Sequence record: NC_061440.1
Length of the DNA stretch: 64,000 nucleotides
Strand: one strand, 5' to 3'
Made by a program: the position numbers and the translations under genes. The notes beneath the pieces were generated by a model, which worked only from the letters and a program-made list of their open reading frames with translations, did no database searches and was not told where the DNA came from. Every line of letters begins with the position of its first letter. Position 1 is the first letter of the stretch. Of this stretch, positions 54,414 to 62,188 are shown piece by piece.

Positions 54414-54836
54414 ATGCAATTCGAACAAAACATTCTGGTAGTTAATCGTGTGGCTCTTATCATGGGCGATGACCTCGTAGCTAAATGGGGTGAAGCTGCA
54501 AACGCCAATCGTGATCAGGCTGCGTATGCGACCATCGTTATTCTGTCTCGTCTTCAACAAAAGGTTATTGCTGCCCTTGCTGCGGAAAACCCAGAAGCCT
54601 GCTGCCGTCCTGATTTGCTTTGGACCGACTACGGTTCAATCTCAACATCAGGCCTGTTTGTCATTGCTTCCTCTGCGGACCGTGAAGTGTTGAATCACTT
54701 CGAAGACCACGACTACCTGAACCATCTGCACACAATCAAACGTGTTGCCGAGGAGAATGGATTCACGTTAACCGTTACGCCAGTGAAGCACTTATTCCCA
54801 TTCGCTAACACTGAAATTCCAGCTAACATGAAATGA
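54414..54836 (+). CDS. hypothetical protein
   Basis: AAGGGA RBS before 54414. Confidence 0.7.
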   Translation: MQFEQNILVVNRVALIMGDDLVAKWGEAANANRDQAAYATIVILSRLQQKVIAALAAENPEACCRPDLLWTDYGSISTSGLFVIASSADREVLNHFEDHDYLNHLHTIKRVAEENGFTLTVTPVKHLFPFANTEIPANMK

Positions 54837-54844
54837 GGTGACCT

Positions 54845-55144
54845 ATGCCACGCGAACAAATTCTGATGAATGACGTTGCTATCGTCCTGACCATGAGCGA
54901 ACGTCGTGCGTTCTTGGGACCTAAAGCTGATGGCTTCGTGTACCTGCCGTCGAAAGAAGCTCTCACGAAGTTTGAGGCTCATATCAAACGTTATGGTAGT
55001 CGTGATGAGTATGCGTTCATCGAGCACCGCGAACTGCACTCTATAAACTCTGAGGGCATCGTTGCTCTTGCTCATGAAGTAGAGACTGACTCTGAGCGCC
55101 CGTGGCTGTGGACGAAAGAAGACTTCCGCGTTAAGCTCTGGTAA
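54845..55144 (+). CDS. hypothetical protein (99 aa)
   Basis: GAGGTG RBS. Confidence 0.7.
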   Translation: MPREQILMNDVAIVLTMSERRAFLGPKADGFVYLPSKEALTKFEAHIKRYGSRDEYAFIEHRELHSINSEGIVALAHEVETDSERPWLWTKEDFRVKLW

Positions 55145-55197
55145 GCATAAAACTGGCTAAAATCGTGGTATCAATTTAAGCCCGACTGTGATATACT
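55145..55197 (+). promoter_or_regulatory. conserved phage promoter, copy 8
   Basis: GCATAAAACTGG-CTAAAAT, 25 nt, TG-A-TATACT. Confidence 0.8.
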
Positions 55198-55247
55198 AAA
55201 AGCGTAGCGATGCTGCGCTTTTTCACTTATGTCTGAGGAGACAACAA

Positions 55248-55712
55248 ATGATTGAAGAAATCAAACCCACCATGTCGGATATTGAATTGCAGGACCAGAT
55301 GATCGATGCGGCTGCCCAGAAGCTGATTGAACTGAAACCTGAATGGGTGGACGTTTGTGTGGCTGCACTTCGTTTATATCTGACCGTGTGTGAAGAAATT
55401 GGCGGTCCTATTCCAGAACTGCGTTTCGTCCACAACTCCAAGCCGTGCCGCCTTCAATTCAATTTGAAAGAGTCGGTGGAAGGTGCCGAGTTCGTGGCGA
55501 ACGAAATCGACAAAGACAAGCAGATGGCTATTGTCGATGAAATGTTGAAAACTGCCGAAGCGTGTCCGAACGGCCACTCGATGTTGGACTTCGCTATTTG
55601 CTCTGGACGCCTGTTCATGATTGGTTATGATGGCCTTGCTGGTACGCTCGATAAGATTTGCTTCTGTGCCAACAAGAAAAACTATTCCATGACTCTGGTT
55701 AAAGGTGAATAA
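55248..55712 (+). CDS. hypothetical protein (154 aa)
   Basis: GAGG-loop RBS. Confidence 0.8.
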   Translation: MIEEIKPTMSDIELQDQMIDAAAQKLIELKPEWVDVCVAALRLYLTVCEEIGGPIPELRFVHNSKPCRLQFNLKESVEGAEFVANEIDKDKQMAIVDEMLKTAEACPNGHSMLDFAICSGRLFMIGYDGLAGTLDKICFCANKKNYSMTLVKGE

Positions 55713-55713
55713 C

Positions 55714-56400
55714 ATGAAACCTGACTACACTCTGCTGAAACGTAGTAAGACGCACGAAGATGTTTTCGCTTTCGTGTTTGACAGCGAGTTGCTTGTTCAA
55801 TTCAAAGCTGTCCAGTTGCATAAAGCTCTGACCGAAACGCTCAAAGCAAACTGCATCAATGAAGTCGATATCCTGTGGCGTGACGGTACGCGTACGGTCC
55901 AACAACTGGTTGTGCATCATACGCGTGAGTTCGTACAGTTCGACACTATCGTCCACAACTACAGCGTGTGCCTGATGCTTCGCGCACAAGGCGTTGGTCA
56001 TTCGCTCGCTGTGCCTGTCGATGTTCGTTCTATGTATGACGCCGACGGCCCGATGATCAGTGAGATTCGCATTGATAGTGAAACAGTCGCTGATCTGATG
56101 CGTCACATTAAAGCCACGCCATACATTGATCCAGAAGAAGATGACGATGTTGGCGATATGGATGAAGATGATGATTGGGATGACGATGATGATCTCGATC
56201 AGACCGAGTTCCACGATATCGAAACAGAATCTATCGCCGATAACAAATTGCAGGTCGGCGATTGGGGATATCGCGCACACGACTGGGCGGTCACTTTGAC
56301 CGATGAACAGGTAGACCGCATTCACTTCCTCGAAGTTGGCATTGACCCTGACATTGAACTGCCTATTGCAGATGATGCTAAGAAGGACGCATTCTTCTAA
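55714..56400 (+). CDS. hypothetical protein with acidic tract
   Basis: AAGGTG RBS before 55714. Confidence 0.75.
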   Translation: MKPDYTLLKRSKTHEDVFAFVFDSELLVQFKAVQLHKALTETLKANCINEVDILWRDGTRTVQQLVVHHTREFVQFDTIVHNYSVCLMLRAQGVGHSLAVPVDVRSMYDADGPMISEIRIDSETVADLMRHIKATPYIDPEEDDDVGDMDEDDDWDDDDDLDQTEFHDIETESIADNKLQVGDWGYRAHDWAVTLTDEQVDRIHFLEVGIDPDIELPIADDAKKDAFF

Positions 56401-56591
56401 TGAAAACGATTAACGAACAGGTCAACGAATTGAAACAGCGCGGCGTGCTTATCATCGAAGAACACCAGAAGCATACGCTGCCAGATTTGACCTTCACGCT
56501 TGACTGCATGTGTCTGCCGCATACTAAGCGTGAAGTAGAGACAACCACGCGCGGCCGCGTTGTTAAAATTCGCCTGACAAACATTCACTAA
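56400..56591 (+). CDS. small hypothetical protein (63 aa)
   Basis: TAATG coupling. Confidence 0.55.
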   Translation: MKTINEQVNELKQRGVLIIEEHQKHTLPDLTFTLDCMCLPHTKREVETTTRGRVVKIRLTNIH

Positions 56592-56604
56592 CTTTTGTGG
56601 TCTT

Positions 56605-56679
56605 GGCCCGCCCGTCCAGAAATGCTCACCCCCAATGAGGTGTCTCGCGCAGAGGCATGACGGTCACCGGGTCCTTTTT
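56605..56679 (+). ncRNA. candidate multi-stem structured RNA or attenuator
   Basis: Nested stems found by eye, followed by T5; no family recognised. Confidence 0.3.
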
Positions 56680-56734
56680 AGAGCGCACTACTGAGTACGC
56701 TGTACAAAGCAAACAACAAACAGGAGGCTGTTAC

Positions 56735-57079
56735 ATGCGTTTTAACGAAGTATCGAAAGAAGCACAGGTTGCGTTAATGTCTAGCGCACTTGCGGGAGTA
56801 ATCGAAGCATTCACCCGCGACGAAGACGATGAAGGCCGTAAGATTCTCGTCATGGCCCTCAAGCAAGTAGGCCTGACGGTAGATGAGTTCGGCGCGCTTA
56901 TCTCTGACCTGTCTCCAGAAGTTGAACTTGAGATCGTTCGCGTTATGGAAGCTGCTGATGCCGAAGCAGATGAAGAGGACGAAGACAGCGAACTCACCAC
57001 GATGGAGGAGCGCCCTGGCAACCTAAATGATGCGCCTAACATTAACGCTGATGGCTGGGAGAACCTCAAAGATGAGTAG
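56735..57079 (+). CDS. hypothetical acidic protein
   Basis: AACAG-GAGG-CTGTT RBS hairpin supports ATG 56735. Confidence 0.75.
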   Translation: MRFNEVSKEAQVALMSSALAGVIEAFTRDEDDEGRKILVMALKQVGLTVDEFGALISDLSPEVELEIVRVMEAADAEADEEDEDSELTTMEERPGNLNDAPNINADGWENLKDE

Positions 57080-57275
57080 TCAAGATGATGTGAATGGTAG
57101 AATTGCTGCGGCCGACGAGCAACGTCAGAAAGAGCGTGAATCACGCTATGATGATTGGTCGATCGACGACCTGCGTGATGCTCTGCTTGAGAATGGTCTT
57201 GTATTTGACGGTGAAGACGTAGACGACTACAGCCGCGCAGACTGTATCAGACTGTTACTGGCTGATGGGTTCTAA
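57072..57275 (+). CDS. small protein with Rho-N/HeH-like module
   Basis: YDDWSIDDLRDALLENGL...SRADCIRLLL. Confidence 0.7.
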   Translation: MSSQDDVNGRIAAADEQRQKERESRYDDWSIDDLRDALLENGLVFDGEDVDDYSRADCIRLLLADGF

Positions 57276-57328
57276 GCACAAAACTGGACAAAATCGTGGT
57301 TGTCTCAAATAGCTGCCTGAACTATACT
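57276..57328 (+). promoter_or_regulatory. conserved phage promoter, copy 9
   Basis: GCACAAAACTGG-ACAAAAT-CGTGGTTGT...TATACT at the same offset. Confidence 0.75.
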
Positions 57329-57376
57329 ATATAGACAGCGAGACAACTATCTCTCTGTATGCCTTTGTTACTGCTT

Positions 57377-57505
57377 GACCGTGTGTTTTTCGATTTTCCC
57401 GGACACACGGTCCTTTTTAAAGTGGACTTCGCTGAGGTTCCTTTAAAAAGGGTTCGATACCCTTTGAGCGCGTCGGGCTTTACGCGGTTTCCGCCTTACG
57501 TGCTC
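57377..57505 (+). ncRNA. structured 5' leader or small RNA with a T-loop-like hairpin
   Basis: Four hairpins, including AAAGGG-TTCGATA-CCCTTT, in an ORF-free 200-nt leader. Confidence 0.45.
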
Positions 57506-57532
57506 TCATGCTAAACCGCAAAGGAAATTGAA

Positions 57533-58240
57533 ATGCCTACTACTTCACGTCCTAAGACAGAAGACAAGTTCTCCCGTGCTCGCGCCGCTAAAAACTCACC
57601 TGAGCGTCAGGCCGCGGCCGCTAAGAAAACGCCACGAGGTCCTTCCTCGGTTCGTCCTAAATCAACGGCAGATCGTGAGCCTAAGATTCGTGACGAGGAG
57701 CGTGTGTACAATCTCGTACATGCAATTCTGAGCGCGTGGAAAGCTGATGTGGGACATGCCGAAAACACGGCAGCATCTGCTGGTATCATCAAAGTGTCTC
57801 GTCGTAAAATTGAAGGTGCCTTGCGTGACCTCAAGAATACACGCTTCACTAAAATCCCGACGCTCATTAATGACGTCCTCGTGTATAACGAAGTCTGCAA
57901 TGAGTTCGGGCAGTGGGTGTACGTTGAGCATGACAGTCCTGATTGGATTTTCGTGCGTCTGCCTGAAAACAGCACACCCGTGCTTCGTGCTGATATCAGT
58001 TACAACAAGACTGACGAAAGGTCTGCGTCTATCACAACGTCCAGTGAAGCACTCATGGAAACGTTCGATGACAATGACGACGAAATCGAGATTCTCGAAT
58101 GTAACGATCAAGATATTGAAGATCTCGAATCTGCTGAGATGCGCAAGCGTCTGGTAGATGCGCAAATCATCAAACCTGAAGCTGCTGCCAAGCTGCAACG
58201 CCCAGACTTAATGAAGCTCTGCGCGTACTACGGCAAGTAA
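57533..58240 (+). CDS. hypothetical protein with basic N-terminus and C-terminal Rho-N-like module
   Basis: AAGGA RBS; IEDLESAEMRKRLVDAQII...PDLMKLC. Confidence 0.8.
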   Translation: MPTTSRPKTEDKFSRARAAKNSPERQAAAAKKTPRGPSSVRPKSTADREPKIRDEERVYNLVHAILSAWKADVGHAENTAASAGIIKVSRRKIEGALRDLKNTRFTKIPTLINDVLVYNEVCNEFGQWVYVEHDSPDWIFVRLPENSTPVLRADISYNKTDERSASITTSSEALMETFDDNDDEIEILECNDQDIEDLESAEMRKRLVDAQIIKPEAAAKLQRPDLMKLCAYYGK

Positions 58241-58249
58241 GCAATAATG

Positions 58250-58275
58250 AGCAGGCAGTGTAGTAGCTGCCTGCT
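58250..58275. terminator. hairpin
   Basis: AGCAGGCAG...CTGCCTGCT. Confidence 0.6.
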
Positions 58276-58288
58276 ATCTGCGAAGTAT

Positions 58289-58342
58289 GCAGAAAACTGG
58301 ACAAAATCGTGGTTGTTATCTGAAAGCAACCTATGCTATACT
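58289..58342 (+). promoter_or_regulatory. conserved phage promoter, copy 10
   Basis: GCAGAAAACTGG-ACAAAAT-CGTGGTTGT, 26 nt spacer, TG-C-TATACT. Confidence 0.8.
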
Positions 58343-58405
58343 TAATGCAGACGCAATATCGCGTCGGCAAGCAAATCAAACAACAAATACTGAGGAGTAT
58401 TAATC

Positions 58406-60016
58406 ATGGCACGTCTGGAAACTAACACTAACCTGGTTGGCAAAACTATCGTCCTGCTGAACGGCACCAAATCTAAAATCGAAGATGCAATCGCGTCTGG
58501 TTATAAAGTGAAGGGCCAGTCAAAACGTATCGCCACCCGCTGCGTCATCAAAGAAGGTTCTCACTTCCGCGAAATTGAGCGCATGAACATGAGCCAGCTG
58601 GAAGATACTGGCGAAGGTTACGTTAAACTGAAAGATGCTAAAGCGTCGGGTAAGAAAGCTGGCGCCAAAGAGAAAGAGCCGAAAGCGTCTGGCAAGAAGA
58701 CTGGCAGCAAAGCTACTGCCAAAGAGAAAGAGCCGAAAGTTCGTCGTAAGTCTTCTAAAGAGCAAGGCGATGAGTATCAGGCTCTGGCGAAAGAAATCAT
58801 CAAAGGCGGCAAACGTGCTGCGCCAGTTGAAATCGACGAGATCGATGGCGACCTGACTGATACTGTTGCTCAACGTCTGGTGGACGTGCTGAACAATACC
58901 GAAATCGCCAAGCTGTGCGCTGACAACAAAACGCCGATCGCTAACGCTATCGAAGTTGCTTACGGCGCTGAGTTCGCACCTGAAACAAACGTCATGCAAA
59001 TCACGCTGAGCCTGCAATACGCGAAGCCTGTTAAAACGCAGTCATCTTCTACGCTGGAAAACGCCGATGCAATCGCGGCCCGTGCTAAGAAAATGATCGC
59101 GCCTAAGCTGTCTAAGAAACTCGCTAAGGCGATTCGTGAAGCGTTCGGTCTGGAAGACGCCGCCGAGCTTGAAGCTGGTACCGTGTTGTTGTCTGATGGC
59201 GCTGAGTTCGTCTTCTGCGGCGAGAGCGCGAAGCACCTCGGCAAAGCGTTGCTGTATGTTGTAGAGACCGACAAGTTCAAATCTGTTGTAGGCTCTGCGC
59301 TGGCTGATTACGAAATTGGTCAAGAAGAGGAAGAGGAAGAGGAAGAAGAAGACTTCGAGGAAGAAGAGTCTGAGGAAGAAGAAGAGGAAGAGGAAGAAGA
59401 AGAGGAGGAAGAAGACGGCGAAGAAGAAGACGGCGAAGAAGAAGACGGCGAGTCTGACGATACTGAATACCAGTATGTGGCCGTGACCAAAGATCATACC
59501 AACATGATCAACAAGAAAGTCACCGCTAAGTATCACGCCGCGCTGGCTGAACGCTTCAACACAACCGAAGAAGCTCTGGTCCCTGGCCTCGTGTTGACTG
59601 ACGGGGAAACAACGTTCGCTTACCTGGGCTGTGATAGCAAAGGTGGTCTGCTGGTCATCGACGTTGAGGCTGAGGAGAACGAAGAAGACGTTCTGCTGTA
59701 CAGCAAAGCCGATATCAAAGAACTGACCGACTTCAATCCTGTGCTGGATGACGTAGAAGGCGCTGCTGATGATGAAGGCGAAGAAGAAGACGGCGAAGAA
59801 GATCTGGACGAAGAAGACGGCGAAGAAGATCTGGACGAAGAAGACGGCGAAGAAGAAGAAGACGACGAAGACTTCGACTTCGATGATGTTCCTGCCGTTG
59901 ACTTGAAAGATCTGTCCGAAGACGAACTGCGTGACCGTGTCGTTGAAGCCGGCCTGACCACCGTGCGTAAAGCTGACAAAATGAACGCGGCTCAACTGCG
60001 CAAGCTCCTGAAATAA
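58406..60016 (+). CDS. highly acidic modular protein (536 aa), paralog of 60100..61350
   Basis: Poly-E/D tracts; two copies of an internal domain; C-terminal Rho-N-like helix pair. Confidence 0.85.
   Translation: MARLETNTNLVGKTIVLLNGTKSKIEDAIASGYKVKGQSKRIATRCVIKEGSHFREIERMNMSQLEDTGEGYVKLKDAKASGKKAGAKEKEPKASGKKTGSKATAKEKEPKVRRKSSKEQGDEYQALAKEIIKGGKRAAPVEIDEIDGDLTDTVAQRLVDVLNNTEIAKLCADNKTPIANAIEVAYGAEFAPETNVMQITLSLQYAKPVKTQSSSTLENADAIAARAKKMIAPKLSKKLAKAIREAFGLEDAAELEAGTVLLSDGAEFVFCGESAKHLGKALLYVVETDKFKSVVGSALADYEIGQEEEEEEEEEDFEEEESEEEEEEEEEEEEEEDGEEEDGEEEDGESDDTEYQYVAVTKDHTNMINKKVTAKYHAALAERFNTTEEALVPGLVLTDGETTFAYLGCDSKGGLLVIDVEAEENEEDVLLYSKADIKELTDFNPVLDDVEGAADDEGEEEDGEEDLDEEDGEEDLDEEDGEEEEDDEDFDFDDVPAVDLKDLSEDELRDRVVEAGLTTVRKADKMNAAQLRKLLK
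59408..59452 (+). repeat. 15-bp tandem repeat x3 (EEDGE)
   Basis: GAAGAAGACGGCGAA units. Confidence 0.85.
59783..59856 (+). repeat. 27-bp tandem repeat x2.7 (EEDGEEDLD)
   Basis: GAAGAAGACGGCGAAGAAGATCTGGAC units. Confidence 0.9.
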
Positions 60017-60041
60017 ACCTGTAGTATCGCAACACTGAATA

Positions 60042-60068
60042 ATGTACGCCTCAGACAGGGGCGTACAT
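60042..60068. terminator. hairpin
   Basis: ATGTACGCC...GGCGTACAT. Confidence 0.55.
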
Positions 60069-60099
60069 CTGACAACTAAGCTGATTGAGGAATCACACT

Positions 60100-61350
60100 A
60101 TGTCAAACGCAAACAAAATTCTGCTTAACGCCCGTGTTCGTCGTACTGATGGCACCATCACTTACATCAACAAAGTAAACGCTAACGGTTATAGCACCGA
60201 CGCGAAAGGTCCTCAAATCCCTGTGAAGCGCATTGTCTTTGCAGGCAAGATGTTGAAAGAGATTGCGGAGCCGTTCGCAAAAGGCGAGTACGTGATTGTG
60301 CAGGGTGTCGCTGTGAAGTTGAACAAGCGCCAGCAACGTGAACTGGCTGATGGTACTCTCGACGAGAAAGCGCTGCGTCCTGAGTTTGGCCGTTTGGCTA
60401 TCATCGACCCTGAAACAGGCAAAGCAACTGACGGCAAGAAAGTGAAGCCGAAAGCTGATAAGAAAGACGGCGGCCTGAAAGCTACGCGCAAGCATAGCGG
60501 CGATACCAGCACGAAGAAAGAGCGCAAAGCTGAGAAGGCGAATCTGAAAGACGACCTTGACTTCATTCAGTCAGACAAGATTGACCGTAAAGCTGAACTT
60601 GTCAAGCTCCTCGACGGCTCTATCGCTGACGCGAATACGAAAGAGCGCCGTAAGCAATTGTCCGAAGCGTTTGACATGGACTGGAAAGATCTTAAAAAAC
60701 ACGGCGGTAAAGGTGTTGTCAAACATCTTGGTCGCAAGGCCGCACAAAGCGCCGTTGACCGTCTGTCTGCTACGCTGACGCAAGACGCATTCATCAAACA
60801 AATGCCGGCTGAGTTGAAGCGCCTGATTCAAGATCGTCGTCTGGTTCTGAATAAGCGCCAGATTGAAGCTGTACTCTCTGCATTGGGTCTGGACGTTAAG
60901 TTCTACGCCATCGCAATGCAAACGCTGCTGGGTAACCTGTCGCTCGCTGTAGACGACACGGCCGTGAATCCCAAAGCAGGTAAGAAAGCAAAGAAGCGCA
61001 AACCAGCAAAGCCTGAGTATGCGTCCGATAAAGAAATAAAGCGCCGTATCAAAAAGATGAAAGTCAGTTTGATCATGCCTCCTAAGAGCGAAATCAAAAC
61101 GGCTAAAGCCCACTTGAAACAGGCGAAAGCCATTCTCGCCGACAAGCTGGGTATCTCGTCGAAAGATATCAAGCGTGGCCTGATCGTGCACCACAAGAAC
61201 GGCGTTGACTACATGTTCGTTGCGTGTGACCTGCGCGGACCAATCTTCATCGACAAAGATGGCGATCCGTCTGTGTATACCTACGCCAACCTCGAATCGA
61301 CTTTCGACTTCACGCTGGCGAAATCTTCTGAGCTGGATGAGGCTGTATGA
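60100..61350 (+). CDS. Lys-rich basic modular protein, paralog of 58406..60016
   Basis: GAGG-loop RBS supports ATG 60100; shared N- and C-terminal domains. Confidence 0.85.
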   Translation: MSNANKILLNARVRRTDGTITYINKVNANGYSTDAKGPQIPVKRIVFAGKMLKEIAEPFAKGEYVIVQGVAVKLNKRQQRELADGTLDEKALRPEFGRLAIIDPETGKATDGKKVKPKADKKDGGLKATRKHSGDTSTKKERKAEKANLKDDLDFIQSDKIDRKAELVKLLDGSIADANTKERRKQLSEAFDMDWKDLKKHGGKGVVKHLGRKAAQSAVDRLSATLTQDAFIKQMPAELKRLIQDRRLVLNKRQIEAVLSALGLDVKFYAIAMQTLLGNLSLAVDDTAVNPKAGKKAKKRKPAKPEYASDKEIKRRIKKMKVSLIMPPKSEIKTAKAHLKQAKAILADKLGISSKDIKRGLIVHHKNGVDYMFVACDLRGPIFIDKDGDPSVYTYANLESTFDFTLAKSSELDEAV

Positions 61351-61730
61351 CAAATAACGAAATACTCCTGTCTGGTATGTTTGCTCAACTGTATGCGCGG
61401 CTGGTAACGGCCGCAATACTGAAAACGCATGTGTTCTATTCTGACTTGGCTCCGATAGTATTCGGCATCCAACTGTCCGAAGTGAGCACTGCGCAATATG
61501 ACGCTCTGTGGAGTTTAGTAGCGACTTCCATGAGCGTCGATATCTCGCACGGAAGAGCACCGCTTGCTGCGCTCTATGTGTCGCGGTCATCTGATGATAA
61601 GAAGCCGAGTCGCAAGTTCTTCCGTGAGTATCACAAGATTACAGGCAAGCATCTGTCGGACAAAGAGTGGCAAGCACTCGTCCAGCAGGTGTACACTCAA
61701 TACGAATCAAATCTCCGAGAGCCATCATGA
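61347..61730 (+). CDS. hypothetical protein (127 aa)
   Basis: ATGA overlap. Confidence 0.65.
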   Translation: MTNNEILLSGMFAQLYARLVTAAILKTHVFYSDLAPIVFGIQLSEVSTAQYDALWSLVATSMSVDISHGRAPLAALYVSRSSDDKKPSRKFFREYHKITGKHLSDKEWQALVQQVYTQYESNLREPS

Positions 61731-62188
61731 AAAAAGCAAAGGTAGTAATTAGTCGTGGTGGATATCGACCGGCCTCCCACGAAGAAGCACAAAAGCTGGT
61801 GGTCGAAATGTTGTTAGCTTCAATCGGCGTTGACCCTACTATACTGAGCCAACAAATGCTGTTGAACGTTGCGAACTATAACTTCCTGACGTCAATCGCA
61901 GATACAGGCAAAGCAAATAACGCGAACCAGACAACTCTGCATAAAACTGTAAAAGAACTTAATGCGTTTTGTAGATTGCACAAGATTCCGCTGGGCTTGC
62001 TAATTATGCCCCATACATCGGCTAGTGATTATGCTGGTGATGAGGTTGTAGCGATTCCATGGGAGCATGTGCTTAAAAACACATTAAGCCAGAACGCTGT
62101 CAATTCCCTGTTCCAAACAGTCGAAGCTGATGGCTATCCGCAGTTTGTGACTGACGCGAAAACAGTAGAGGAATACAATGTTTTATGA
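61727..62188 (+). CDS. hypothetical protein
   Basis: ATGA overlap at 61727. Confidence 0.65.
   Translation: MKKAKVVISRGGYRPASHEEAQKLVVEMLLASIGVDPTILSQQMLLNVANYNFLTSIADTGKANNANQTTLHKTVKELNAFCRLHKIPLGLLIMPHTSASDYAGDEVVAIPWEHVLKNTLSQNAVNSLFQTVEADGYPQFVTDAKTVEEYNVL

Noticed and set aside
56605-56679. Hammerhead, HDV/theta or twister ribozyme
   Set aside because: Core consensus (e.g. CUGAUGA...GAAA, or the HDV nested double pseudoknot) not found by eye
57447-57465. Possible tRNA gene (GGTTCGATACC T-arm)
   Set aside because: No complementary acceptor stem, D-arm or anticodon arm at tRNA spacing and no CCA; kept only as a structured-RNA finding
59042-61590. Long antisense ORFs (59042..59995, 60571..61590) and similar ones at 15334, 44674 and 53387
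   Set aside because: Mirror frames of strongly codon-biased or low-complexity + strand genes; no RBS and implausible composition (F/V/L runs from GAA/GAC repeats)
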